From a virus, in IMG/VR virus record IMGVR_UViG_3300020442_000008, positions 1 to 64,000 of that record: a DNA stretch of 64,000 bases. One strand, 5' to 3'. This document shows, piece after piece, positions 1-10,271 of this stretch (its first letter is position 1; each line of letters opens with the position of its first letter). A program made the position numbers and the translations under genes. The notes under the pieces were generated by a model. The model did not search any database. It saw only the letters and a list, made by a program, of their open reading frames with translations, and was not told the DNA's origin.

Positions 1-3000
1 GGCAATGTCGGTATTGGTACTGCGAGTCCTGATGATAAGTTGCATGTAAATGGAGATATAGTGATCGGCCCTTCAGACAATGTGATCGGTGACAGTGTAT
101 ATTCTTACATTAGACCCAAACATGCTGGTGCAGCCATTAAAATGGGAACCAATAATAATACTTGGGATAGAAACTTACATCTTGGGCATTACGACAATAA
201 TGGTGACTTTACTGAAAAGGTATCGATTGTCAGTCAAACTGGCAATGTCGGTATTGGTACTACGGATCCTGATTTTAAATTAACTGTAGATAATGGCATT
301 GGGAACAAAGGACTAAAAGTAATTGCAGGAAATAATGGCGATGAAAACGAATCAGTTATTGAGGCATGGAACTGGAAGATTAATGGTTCTGACCCAGATT
401 TGCTTTTTAAAGTGCGGGGAGACGGCAATGTCGGTATTGGTACTGCGACGCCTATTACCCCTCTTACAATAAAATCATCTGCCGTAAGCTCTACAGACTC
501 TGCTTTTTCTATTGTCTCCGCAGCCAATTCTTCTGAGCCAATAATTAAAATTGCTGAAAAAAGTAGTGAAGGGTGTAGGCTTCATATGTATGATGGAGGG
601 GTTGAGGAAATTGCTTTTTATACAGATGGAACAGATAATTTTATTAATGCAGGCAATCTCGGTATTGGTACTACGACCCCAGACGCAAAGCTAGAGGTTT
701 CTGGTGGATCAGCAATGATTACAAGTAATGGTCCAGTGCTTATTCTTAAAGACTTGGATGGTGGTGATGTAAATACACAGACAGGATACATAAGCTATCG
801 GGATAATGGTAACGTAGAGCGTGGTTGGGTAGGCTTTGGTAGTGAGGGAAGTAAAGACTTTGGAATTTATAATAAAATAGATGGGGGTATACTTTTTGGT
901 ACTGGAAATACTGGCGAAAAAGCACGTATTACTCCCGATGGCGCTTTCAGGCTTACGGGCGGCTTAACTCCCGCTGAGGGTGGAAGCGATTATGGCAATC
1001 AGTTTGTCCAATGGTGCGATAATAATGGTCACGCAAATATTGCCTCCTTTGATATTCAGTTTAAAACTGGTCAGAATGACAATCGAACAGACTCCATGTA
1101 TATCAGCGAGGACGGCAATGTTGGTATTGGCACTACGAATCCTCAACATAAATTACAGGTTGCTGGTAATGTCCTTGTCGGAAGCAATAGCAATATAACT
1201 CCATCTAATACTGGGCTAGGGCAAATTATGATTGACTGTGTTGGTTATAATGGCTATGTAGCGCTTGATGAAGAGGCGATGCACATTGGGCACAACTCAA
1301 CGGTTCGGGATCTGCGCTTGGGCACAAACGAAACCACTAATTTAACAATTAAACCTTATGGAAGTGTTGGCATTGGAACCACGATTCCACAGAGTAATCT
1401 TGATATTGTTGACGATTATGCAGCTTCAACCAGGATTTGGGCGAAGACAGACTCGGCCCTAGGATCAGGTCTGGTAGGAGCATGGACTCAGTGGGGAGTA
1501 AAACATCAACCAGGAGCTGACCATGTTTATGGCACCTCAGATGATAATCCAGACTATTCATTTTCTTGGGGCATTGATTCTACAGAAACAAGTGGAAGTG
1601 GAAATGATGAAATGCCTAGGTTTAAATTAGATTATACATACCAAGGCTGGAGTAAACCAGGTGATTCTGATAAAACTCTTATGAGTTTTGAACCGAATGG
1701 AAATATTGGTATTGATGCTGCGAATCCGCGCGAGAAATTAGAAATAAATGACGGAAGGCTTTTGGTCACTCAATATGAGACGCCTTCAGGTTCATCAGCT
1801 GCTCCTGTTATTGCTGCTACATTTTTTGCTAGAAGGCAGCTTAGCTCTAATGGCAGTCGTCACGGTTGTGGTATTGATATTATGACCATGGGGCACGGCG
1901 AGCACACCTCGCCCGCTATTCGTTTTTATGATAGTGCAGCTGACGGTGATTACGATGGCACTACTGTTGGAGATAACAACTGGATTATAGGTGCAGATGA
2001 TACCGATGTAAGCTCCTTTAAGCTTTCTTATGGAGGAGGACAAAATACGGTAAAACCAAACAGCATAGTAAATGCAACTTCTCGACTTAGCATTGATGGA
2101 CCAACAGGTGTCGCGACATTTTCCGGCCCGCTTTCGATAGCTGAAGCTATTAGACACACTGGGGATACGAATACATATTTTGGATTTCCTAATACTGATC
2201 AGTTTTCTGTAGTCACAAATGGATCAACCAGGTTACAAATTACAGGTACCGCAACAACTGTAAACAATCAGCTACGGGCTCAGGGAGGCATGACAATAGC
2301 GACAAATGAAGACAATGATACTCCTGAATTAACTTTAAAAAGATACTCTTCCACTAACGAAGAGGGTAACGATGATATTTGTGATATTCGCGTAGGAGAT
2401 AGCACGTTATCGTTTTATATCAATAATGATGATGATGCAGATGCTGGAAGTTATCATTTCTATAAAATGGCTGGCGGTTCTCAAACCTATGCGAAGCTTC
2501 ATGCGGGAACAGTAGACATTCAGGGGTATATTACTCATGGCGGCGATAGCAATACATACTTTGGATTCATTAACAATGACCAGTGGGCTCTAGTTACTGG
2601 TGGAACAGAAAGGATTGGAGTAACTAATAGTGCAATTAATCTTCGTCAAAACACAGGCATAACAGGTACCCTTGATGTTTCGAGTGATTTAACAGTCCAA
2701 GGAGATCTTACGGTAAACGGTGACCTTGTAACACTTAACACAACCAATTTAAGCATAGAAGATAAAGTTATTCAAGTTGCAAAGAACGCAACAACAGACA
2801 CGCAAGCAGATGAATCAGGAATTGCGTTTGGTAATTCAGCTCAATTACTTTATGATGGTGATACGGACACACTTTATGTTAAAGACTGCACAGGCCTTAA
2901 TGGTTCATCCATTAAAACTAATTCGATCACAGCGACTCAGATTGCAGCTAACGCTGTTGGATCTTCTGAGCTAGCCGACAACGCAGTAGACACTGCCGCA

Positions 3001-4368
3001 GTTGCCAACAAAGCAATCACTGCAGCCAAGATCGCAGACAACACGATCACGGCAGGTCAGATTGCAACGTATGCCGTAGGAACTTCTGAACTAGGTGCTA
3101 AAGTTGTAACTGGAGCTAAGATCGCAGACAACACGATCACGGCAGGTCAGATTGCAGCTAACGCTGTTGGATCTTCTGAACTAGCTGATAACGCAGTAGA
3201 CACTGCCGCAGTTGCCAACAAAGCAATCACTGGAGCCAAGATCGCAGACAATACGATTGGCACAGGGCAAATTGCAGCGAGTGGCGTAGGAACTTCTGAA
3301 CTAGGTGCTAAAGTTGTAACTGGAGCTAAGATCGCAGACAACACGATCACGGCAGGTCAGATTGCAGCTAACGCTGTTGGATCTTCTGAACTAGCTGATA
3401 ACGCAGTAGACACTGCCGCAGTTGCCAACAAAGCAATCACTGGAGCCAAGATCGCAGACAATACGATTGGTGCAGGGCAAATTGCAGCTAACGCTGTTGG
3501 ATCTTCTGAAATCGCAACCAACGCTGTTGGATCTTCTGAAATCGCAACCGATGCTGTTGGATCTTCTGAGATCGCAGCTAATGCCGTTGGGGCTAGCGAA
3601 CTTAATGTCTCAGGAAACGGGACTTCTGGACAAGTATTAACGTCTGATGGAGACGGAACTTTCTCGTGGACTAATAAAACAGTAGACACTGATACAAACA
3701 CTCAATTAACTTCGGCGCAGATTTCGGCGATGGGTTTCATTAAAACCGACACAAATACTCAAAGAACCGATGCTGAGATCAGAAGTGTTATCTCTGGAGA
3801 AGGCTACTTAACAACCTTACCCACGGGCACTATCACAGGTGCCTCAGTGTCAGGCGATACTCTCACCCTTAATAAACAAGGAGGCGGGTCGGTAAGTTTC
3901 ACCGCTACCAACACTTCAGGCGGAACTTCAGGCGGTTCTACAAATGCTGTAGAAAAAACTGGAGCGCAAACAATGCAGGGTCCATTAAGTATTACTGGCA
4001 CCAACTCAAGCAATCAAAGTTTAATTGCAGCAGGAGATGTGATAGCAATGAACTCTGCCTCAGACGAAAGGCTTAAAACAAATATTTTAAAAATAGATTC
4101 TGCACTTGAAAAAGTTTGCAGTTTAGAAGGTTTCACATTCGACTGGAACCAGGAAGCTAAACAATTTGGTATTGACTCACCCAACTCAGAGGTCGGACTT
4201 TCTGCCCAGGCAACAGAAAAGGTTGTACCAGAAGCAGTAAAAACCTTCGATAATTCAGACTACAAATACATTAACTACGAAAAACTAGTACCATTATTAG
4301 TAGAGGCAATTAAAGATCTTAAATCAGAAATACAAGAATTAAAAAATAATTGTGGATGTAATAAATAA
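1..4368 (+). CDS. Long tail fibre protein (5'-truncated by the window) with GNVGIGT repeats, a decapeptide repeat stalk and a C-terminal Peptidase_S74 intramolecular chaperone
   Basis: Frame is open from base 1 (GNVGIGTASPDDKLHVNG). Many GNVGIGTTxP repeats. C-terminus SDERLKTNI...FDWN...VGLSAQ..EKVVPEAV...INYEKLVPLLVEAIKDL plus coiled coil is typical of S74. Confidence 0.9.
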   Translation, partial: GNVGIGTASPDDKLHVNGDIVIGPSDNVIGDSVYSYIRPKHAGAAIKMGTNNNTWDRNLHLGHYDNNGDFTEKVSIVSQTGNVGIGTTDPDFKLTVDNGIGNKGLKVIAGNNGDENESVIEAWNWKINGSDPDLLFKVRGDGNVGIGTATPITPLTIKSSAVSSTDSAFSIVSAANSSEPIIKIAEKSSEGCRLHMYDGGVEEIAFYTDGTDNFINAGNLGIGTTTPDAKLEVSGGSAMITSNGPVLILKDLDGGDVNTQTGYISYRDNGNVERGWVGFGSEGSKDFGIYNKIDGGILFGTGNTGEKARITPDGAFRLTGGLTPAEGGSDYGNQFVQWCDNNGHANIASFDIQFKTGQNDNRTDSMYISEDGNVGIGTTNPQHKLQVAGNVLVGSNSNITPSNTGLGQIMIDCVGYNGYVALDEEAMHIGHNSTVRDLRLGTNETTNLTIKPYGSVGIGTTIPQSNLDIVDDYAASTRIWAKTDSALGSGLVGAWTQWGVKHQPGADHVYGTSDDNPDYSFSWGIDSTETSGSGNDEMPRFKLDYTYQGWSKPGDSDKTLMSFEPNGNIGIDAANPREKLEINDGRLLVTQYETPSGSSAAPVIAATFFARRQLSSNGSRHGCGIDIMTMGHGEHTSPAIRFYDSAADGDYDGTTVGDNNWIIGADDTDVSSFKLSYGGGQNTVKPNSIVNATSRLSIDGPTGVATFSGPLSIAEAIRHTGDTNTYFGFPNTDQFSVVTNGSTRLQITGTATTVNNQLRAQGGMTIATNEDNDTPELTLKRYSSTNEEGNDDICDIRVGDSTLSFYINNDDDADAGSYHFYKMAGGSQTYAKLHAGTVDIQGYITHGGDSNTYFGFINNDQWALVTGGTERIGVTNSAINLRQNTGITGTLDVSSDLTVQGDLTVNGDLVTLNTTNLSIEDKVIQVAKNATTDTQADESGIAFGNSAQLLYDGDTDTLYVKDCTGLNGSSIKTNSITATQIAANAVGSSELADNAVDTAAVANKAITAAKIADNTITAGQIATYAVGTSELGAKVVTGAKIADNTITAGQIAANAVGSSELADNAVDTAAVANKAITGAKIADNTIGTGQIAASGVGTSELGAKVVTGAKIADNTITAGQIAANAVGSSELADNAVDTAAVANKAITGAKIADNTIGAGQIAANAVGSSEIATNAVGSSEIATDAVGSSEIAANAVGASELNVSGNGTSGQVLTSDGDGTFSWTNKTVDTDTNTQLTSAQISAMGFIKTDTNTQRTDAEIRSVISGEGYLTTLPTGTITGASVSGDTLTLNKQGGGSVSFTATNTSGGTSGGSTNAVEKTGAQTMQGPLSITGTNSSNQSLIAAGDVIAMNSASDERLKTNILKIDSALEKVCSLEGFTFDWNQEAKQFGIDSPNSEVGLSAQATEKVVPEAVKTFDNSDYKYINYEKLVPLLVEAIKDLKSEIQELKNNCGCNK
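2926..3603 (+). repeat. Coding tandem repeat: 30-bp (10-aa) units nested in a 210-bp (70-aa) higher-order unit
   Basis: ATTGCAGCTAACGCTGTTGGATCTTCTGA recurs at 2941, 3151, 3361 (210-bp period) and 3481. Protein units include IAANAVGSSE / LADNAVDTAA / VANKAITGAK / IADNTITAGQ. Confidence 0.95.
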
Positions 4369-4386
4369 TTAACCATAATATAATGT

Positions 4387-4605
4387 ATGGCTGATTTTGA
4401 ATTAATTAATACTGAAGAAGAGTATAAAAAATACGAACGAAAGGTTCTCGCTCGCGGAGGAATACATGCAATAGAAGTTTGCAACAAGCCAGATCAATTC
4501 CCAAGCGTCATATGCAATACTCTAGTTAGAGACTCAAATGGAATAAGAGCAATACTCAAGCACTTAAATAAAAAACAAATTGAAGAGTTTTTTAAAAAAT
4601 TATAA
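4387..4605 (+). CDS. Hypothetical protein
   Basis: 72-aa ORF filling the gap between two convergent fibre genes. Confidence 0.6.
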   Translation: MADFELINTEEEYKKYERKVLARGGIHAIEVCNKPDQFPSVICNTLVRDSNGIRAILKHLNKKQIEEFFKKL

Positions 4606-6576
4606 TGCTGATACTATAAAACAAATAAGCTCTTCGTATCTCAACGAGTAAGCATCAAAGGGTTCAAACGTTACTTCATCAGCTATGCCAACAATTTTAC
4701 GTTTCTTTGGAGAGGTTGTTTGGCTTCCTCCACTACTAATAGATCCCAGACTAGAGTCTTTTGTTTCAGCAGAAGTTTCTTCTCCTCCTGTTTCTTCGTA
4801 AATTTTTTCCAGACTTTCATACAACAGTTCGTCTTGTACTTGACCGTTTGTTCTTTGAACCGTTCCTGTATCTTCACCATTAACAAAAACTTTATAGTGA
4901 GTATCCCTGCAAAATAAACCATATCTTGAAGCGTCGAGACCCTCATCTGAAAAAGCTTTCTCAACTTCTTGAGCGATCCATCCGATATGTATACGAGCTT
5001 CTTCGCCTTTGGATTCTACAGAACTTTTGAGTCTGTATTTTTTTACTAAATCTTTTAATTTGAATGCAACTTTCTTTTCTGCGTCGTCAAGACTAGAGAT
5101 GTCTTGTTTTACTTTCTCATCAGAAACTACGGTTACAGCGTTTTGTGTAAATACATCACGCCATTGAGAGTCTGAATTACCTAAATCCATGTTACTGCCC
5201 TGAGGAACCAGAGATCTTTTATTCTGGCTTCCATCGGTTGTTGTTCCAAGTCCTTCGCCATAAAGGTATATTCCAACAACATTACCTATGTCGGTTCCAC
5301 CGGTCATGGGTATTGGGTTGGCGTTTGGCGATGGTGTAAATTTAGTTGCGTCACAGTGAGCCATGTATCCTAAAGCTACGCGCGCAGCGTAGGCTTGGAC
5401 TTGTAATGTAGCTTGATGTGAAGTAACTAGATCACCTGGATAGTCACTGGTTACGTTGTAGGCTATTGGCCCAGGAGCAGTACCTACGTTCCTTTTGATT
5501 TCTGCTTCTGGATTAAATCCGTCGAGCTGTTGATTTAGTTGTAGCGTGGTTCCTCCTGCGCCAGTAGCATCACCTGCGGTTCCGCCAGAGCCTTCATTAT
5601 TAATAAACATTCTGTGGTAATTTCTGTCTTCGCGCATTCTGAAACACCATGAAGTTCCTTTGTCTAAATAAAAACAACCATTTCCATTTTCACGAATAAG
5701 CATGTCTGTTACGTCGGATGTATCCAGGGGTCCAAGAACAAAAGCTCCAGCGAAATTAAATTGACCCCACACTGGATGCGTTCCGCCGCCCCAGTTGTAG
5801 TGACCTCCGTTGCCATCAACTCCGTCAACTACTTTATGAGGATAAAGACTAAAAAGAGAGGAATAGTTACTAGTACTCCAATCGAGAGAGTCAATTCCAA
5901 ATTTTCCATTACTATTAACTATATTAAAGTTTCTATAGTCGCGCTCGGTATACCTCAGATCAAAGTTTGATGTCATTTGTGATCCTGTATAAGTTGTGCC
6001 CGCAATTGAATCTTGATCGAAATCCCTAAGGGCAATAATATTAACCGAACCTTTCATTTCCATTCCCGAGATAGCGTTTTTACCAAGACCTTGAAGATAC
6101 AATACGGATTGGCCGTATGGAGCCCTAAGCTCAGTTACCATATCTGCAGCTCCACCATAATCAACATTTTGATCAAGAGAGCTGCCTGCGGGTCCATAAA
6201 ATTTTAAATTACCAGCACGAAATTCTGCATAAGTTCCCCGGCTTTGAGTGCCATTGATATCTCGGTAAGATACATCGGCAAACCTTATATAGCCTTCACT
6301 TGTTAAATAAAAGTCCTGCTCAAAAGTGTTAGTGTTGCTAGTTTCATGTATAAACCTAAAACCTGGCCCAGCAGCTACGTTACCAGAATCATTTGAAAGT
6401 TTTGACATAACCATATTTCTACTAACAGATATACCTCCGTCTGATCTTTTGGTTATATTATCGTACAATAAGTCTTCTATTTTTAATTTATAATTCTGCC
6501 CAGCGTGTTCGATAACAACCTCTGAAGCAGGATCTGGATTAGATGCAGGATTAAGTTCTGATATTTTTTTGGCCAT
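4600..6576 (-). CDS. Tail fibre/spike protein with C-terminal Peptidase_S74 chaperone
   Basis: VSDEKVKQDI...KKYRLK...ARIHIGWIAQEVEKAF..GLDASRYGLFC...YSLRYEEL resembles endosialidase-type chaperones. The MAKKISELNPA N-terminus is typical of fibre anchors. Confidence 0.85.
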   Translation of the reverse strand: MAKKISELNPASNPDPASEVVIEHAGQNYKLKIEDLLYDNITKRSDGGISVSRNMVMSKLSNDSGNVAAGPGFRFIHETSNTNTFEQDFYLTSEGYIRFADVSYRDINGTQSRGTYAEFRAGNLKFYGPAGSSLDQNVDYGGAADMVTELRAPYGQSVLYLQGLGKNAISGMEMKGSVNIIALRDFDQDSIAGTTYTGSQMTSNFDLRYTERDYRNFNIVNSNGKFGIDSLDWSTSNYSSLFSLYPHKVVDGVDGNGGHYNWGGGTHPVWGQFNFAGAFVLGPLDTSDVTDMLIRENGNGCFYLDKGTSWCFRMREDRNYHRMFINNEGSGGTAGDATGAGGTTLQLNQQLDGFNPEAEIKRNVGTAPGPIAYNVTSDYPGDLVTSHQATLQVQAYAARVALGYMAHCDATKFTPSPNANPIPMTGGTDIGNVVGIYLYGEGLGTTTDGSQNKRSLVPQGSNMDLGNSDSQWRDVFTQNAVTVVSDEKVKQDISSLDDAEKKVAFKLKDLVKKYRLKSSVESKGEEARIHIGWIAQEVEKAFSDEGLDASRYGLFCRDTHYKVFVNGEDTGTVQRTNGQVQDELLYESLEKIYEETGGEETSAETKDSSLGSISSGGSQTTSPKKRKIVGIADEVTFEPFDAYSLRYEELICFIVSAL

Positions 6577-6604
6577 AATTTTTCTTTCTAGTTAAGTATA
6601 CACT

Positions 6605-9600
6605 TTAAAAAAGTAATATTGAAGTATTTTCTGGCTCAAGTTGAATCCTGTAAGAATTATTTTCGTATCTAAAATCTCCATTAGAAGAAGCGTTAAGTAT
6701 TCCAGTCTTTAAATCCCCCCATGTTTTACCAACCCAATAACCTCCGTCGTTATCAGAACTACTTCCAGTAAACCCATGGGGAGCTAGGTATAAATCGTAA
6801 GCTTGTGTGACATCGTCAGCACTAAGCACTCTATCCAACTCCCAAACAGGAGGGGGTTCATAATATCTTGCGTCACTTAACATTGCTGCTTGTAAATCCC
6901 CCCATGTTTTACCAAACCAATATCCACCGTCATTATCAGAAGGACTGCCAGTAAACCCATGATTACTGCTTCCGAAGTATAGGTCATAAGCCTGCATAAT
7001 ATCAGAGGCATCAAGCACTCTACTTGTTAGCCATGATGTTGTTGAATTTTCAAGCATAATATCGGCGCATATTATTTCCCCGCCAATAACCTCAACTTGA
7101 TCCGGGATCTGGATCGAACCATCAGCATCAGTAATGGTTTTATATGTCAACACATTTTGAACCTTATCCGCAACCAGCAATTCCGCTGAATTATCAACAG
7201 TGTCGCCAGTATCCGCTGGGGCAGATTCTCCGTCCCCTATTAAAATACTATCTCCATTTACGAGTGTAATTTCTTCTCCATTAGCATCTATCAGATACTT
7301 TTCTCCCGTTACGTCGCCGTGTTCGGTACCTCCACTATCTCCAGGTTCGCCAGTTCCACCAACAGGGTTTGTGTTAACAAAAGAACCTGGTCCACTTGAA
7401 AAATAATCTTCTCCACCCTCACTTGTAAAGTTTCCAAAAGAATTCCACCACCATGATTTTTTACTTTGAGAAAAAACCCAACCATCACCAACGCCGTTAG
7501 AGATTAAACTTCCAAACCAAAACCAGTCAGAAAAGTTTACGATATAGAACCAGTTTTGAGAGGAGTCTCCCCAAATCCAACCGTATCTTAAGGTATAAAA
7601 CCATCCGTAAGTCAGAGGGTCTTGAGCCTGCATCACAATGCAGATTCCAAAAACGGGGTGCGTAAATATTTTAGGATAAACAACCTCAACATCAGTGTTG
7701 TCTTTAGATCCAGGCGTCTCACTACCCCCGCCAGAACTAGGAGGTGGATCTCCTCCGCCGACAACAGGGCTGACAGACACAAGATGGTCAACCTCTATTT
7801 CAAATTCTTCGGAGTAAATATCTGTACCTCCCCATCTTAATTTAATTTTCTGCCCTGGAGCGGCAGAGCTCCCAGTTTCTTTTTTGTCGGAGATCAAAAC
7901 GTTTTCATCGTATGCGCCAAAATTTTCCCAAACATCCCAGGATGAACCATTAAGCCTATACAACAACAACCCTCTACTTCCAGCGCTTTTATGTTGTCCA
8001 GAAAATGATATTGTTGCAGTGCCAGAAGTTGCATCTGGCTCGGTCATAAATGCCGACAAAATCTCAATGCTCCCTGTAGAATCTTGAAAATCTTCGGGAT
8101 CAAGAGCATCATTGCCAGAAGGATCTCCATCGCCGCCAACACTGGTAACTTTATATATATTCGGAGACATAAGCCAGTACCATTTTTTGGTTGTTCCAAA
8201 ATATACCCAACCTATGGTTCCATGACCTTCTTCACCAAGCTCCCCAACATACCACCAACCATTCCATCTAACAGAATATATCCATGGGTAAGTCATGTAA
8301 TACAAACCAAAATGCGGGGACTGAAACCATCCAGCAGGCATGGTTGTTGGTCCGTCAACTTTGATATTACTAGGGGGACCCACTTTTTCTACAACCCCAT
8401 CAATTGGTTCTGCAGACTCATTAACTTCGCCAACCAATCCTCCATTAGGTCTTTCCAAACTAGGAGGGTTACCAATTAAGGTTACAACCGAACTTCCATC
8501 GCCTTCGCTACCGTCAGGATTCCATATTTTACAAACAGCAGGTAGTCCAATATTAAAAGGATCAAATTCTCCATCGCCTGGAAAACTTAGCCAAACTCCC
8601 CATTTAAAAAAGTAAACCACTCTGGAAACACCATTCCACAAAAACCACCCAAATACAGGATGAAATAACTTAAGAAGTTCGTCTCCTCCTCCAGAATCGT
8701 CCTCCCCAGAGCCGTCTCCGCCTCCGCCGTTCCCTTTATTTTTATTTAAACCTGGAGGGCATGTAATAACAACGTTCTCAATTTCCCAAAATCCACCCTC
8801 ACTAATGTCTTTTCCAATTTTAAATTCCAACTCCCCGCTCAAATCATCAAGGCCCGCAATAGGCTTTAGGGCTATTTCTCCCAGAGATAATCCATTGCCT
8901 ACCTCTGATCCGTTTTCATCAGTAACTCTGCCGCCGCCTACGATGTACCATTTTCCAGGATTAGAAAACCAAACAGGACCATAAGGCTTACCGCCAACTG
9001 TTTGAAGTAGGCCTATGTAAATCCAAGATAAATATTTATTACTCCATATCCAATTTGGATACCTTGAGCTAATCCAGAAATCACCCCAAAGATTACTATA
9101 ATACCATCCACTACTAGAAGTAACCTTTCTTACTTTTGTTCCAGTACCGGTCGTGCCAGAGGTGAAAGCTTCTCCAACCTTAGCGCAGGATCCGCCTAAA
9201 ATTTCTGTTATCACCCGTGTTTGTATTTCAGCATCTAAGTTTCCGCCGACGACTATAGTATCTCCGACAGACAAAGTGGAAGTATCTAAACCGCATATCT
9301 TAAATGCATCTTCATCTAGATCAATAACCCCCGTATCAGTATTTTCAGTGCTATTTTTCTTTTTAACTTTAAGCCCTGTGCCATCCCCACCTTCACCGCT
9401 GGGGTCTAAAGGTGGTGTTGTTATACTGGGCTGAACCCTTACTCCATCAGGAGGAACGAACCCTATAATTTTTACCTCGATGGTGTTTGGAAATTCGCCA
9501 ACAATTAAAGTGTCTCCGATTTCTAAATCACTAATATCAATACCTGTAATTAAATCTGTTTCGCCATTATTACCAAAAGAACATCCACCGCCTCCAGTTT

Positions 9601-10201
9601 TTTTCTTGATGTCGAATGGGCCAGTTCCCCCGCCAAGTGGAGGGGACGTCAAACCTGGACTAACTTCAATTGAGTTAGGAGGAAGCATCTTAGTAATAAC
9701 ACAAATTTGAGTATTAGGAGGAGTGCCAACGATGATTGTATCCCCAACCTCTAAGTCGCTTATGTCTATATCGGTAATGATATTATTATTTTCGCCGCCA
9801 ACATTACATTTACCACCTCCAACTATTTCTTTTACTCCACTAACCTCAGTTCCACCGTCTAGATTAGAGGTGTTAGGAGACCCAGTTCCAGCCTTACCAT
9901 TCCCAACTCTTTCAAAATCGTCAGAGTCAGAACCTGAACCACTACCAGTTTCATTATCAGACGCTCCACCCCCTCCCCCAGAATTAGGTTCGACGTGTTC
10001 ATTAATAATTGTGGTTAATGATCTAGGATAAACGTTAGCAAGGGATGATAACATTGCAGCTCTATTAAGGGAAAATGATCCGCCCTCTAGAGTACCACGG
10101 GTTAGATTACCTAAACTATCAAACGCCGCATCGTTGTCAGGATCAACAAAATCCCTAAACTGTTGGATCTTATTAAACAGGGCTATAAAGTTTTTAGACA
10201 T
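6605..10201 (-). CDS. Large Gly/Trp-rich repeat protein, probable virion adhesin
   Basis: 1198 aa. Three IDISDLE(V/I)GDT-type repeats, four Trp/Tyr-rich repeats and a duplicated C-terminal QAYDLY..HGFTGS.SDNDGGYW.GKTWGDL motif. Lies within the fibre cluster. Confidence 0.65.
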   Translation of the reverse strand: MSKNFIALFNKIQQFRDFVDPDNDAAFDSLGNLTRGTLEGGSFSLNRAAMLSSLANVYPRSLTTIINEHVEPNSGGGGGASDNETGSGSGSDSDDFERVGNGKAGTGSPNTSNLDGGTEVSGVKEIVGGGKCNVGGENNNIITDIDISDLEVGDTIIVGTPPNTQICVITKMLPPNSIEVSPGLTSPPLGGGTGPFDIKKKTGGGGCSFGNNGETDLITGIDISDLEIGDTLIVGEFPNTIEVKIIGFVPPDGVRVQPSITTPPLDPSGEGGDGTGLKVKKKNSTENTDTGVIDLDEDAFKICGLDTSTLSVGDTIVVGGNLDAEIQTRVITEILGGSCAKVGEAFTSGTTGTGTKVRKVTSSSGWYYSNLWGDFWISSRYPNWIWSNKYLSWIYIGLLQTVGGKPYGPVWFSNPGKWYIVGGGRVTDENGSEVGNGLSLGEIALKPIAGLDDLSGELEFKIGKDISEGGFWEIENVVITCPPGLNKNKGNGGGGDGSGEDDSGGGDELLKLFHPVFGWFLWNGVSRVVYFFKWGVWLSFPGDGEFDPFNIGLPAVCKIWNPDGSEGDGSSVVTLIGNPPSLERPNGGLVGEVNESAEPIDGVVEKVGPPSNIKVDGPTTMPAGWFQSPHFGLYYMTYPWIYSVRWNGWWYVGELGEEGHGTIGWVYFGTTKKWYWLMSPNIYKVTSVGGDGDPSGNDALDPEDFQDSTGSIEILSAFMTEPDATSGTATISFSGQHKSAGSRGLLLYRLNGSSWDVWENFGAYDENVLISDKKETGSSAAPGQKIKLRWGGTDIYSEEFEIEVDHLVSVSPVVGGGDPPPSSGGGSETPGSKDNTDVEVVYPKIFTHPVFGICIVMQAQDPLTYGWFYTLRYGWIWGDSSQNWFYIVNFSDWFWFGSLISNGVGDGWVFSQSKKSWWWNSFGNFTSEGGEDYFSSGPGSFVNTNPVGGTGEPGDSGGTEHGDVTGEKYLIDANGEEITLVNGDSILIGDGESAPADTGDTVDNSAELLVADKVQNVLTYKTITDADGSIQIPDQVEVIGGEIICADIMLENSTTSWLTSRVLDASDIMQAYDLYFGSSNHGFTGSPSDNDGGYWFGKTWGDLQAAMLSDARYYEPPPVWELDRVLSADDVTQAYDLYLAPHGFTGSSSDNDGGYWVGKTWGDLKTGILNASSNGDFRYENNSYRIQLEPENTSILLF

Positions 10202-10210
10202 GCTATTATA

Positions 10211-10262
10211 TACACGAACAAATAAATGAAAAAAAAATTTATTTTAAAATGTTTTAGGTGTA
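10211..10262. promoter_or_regulatory. Back-to-back GTGTA-N9-ATG motifs between divergent virion genes
   Basis: TACAC at 10211-10215 (minus strand, 9 nt from ATG 10201) and GTGTA at 10258-10262 (9 nt from ATG 10272). Confidence 0.65.
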
Positions 10263-10271
10263 TTATTTATT

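Noticed and set aside
2926-3603. Possible CRISPR array
   Set aside because: Repeats are in-frame coding units with no unique spacers and no cas genes.
6700-7030. Duplicated C-terminal motif as a DGR template/variable repeat pair
   Set aside because: Both copies are in-frame in one gene, differences are not adenine-specific, and no reverse transcriptase is in the window.
3147-10031. Antisense ORFs in the track (e.g. 3147..3350, 3357..3701, 9153..9434, 9723..10031)
   Set aside because: Shadow frames of Gly/Ala/Thr-rich fibre genes with no independent coding signal.
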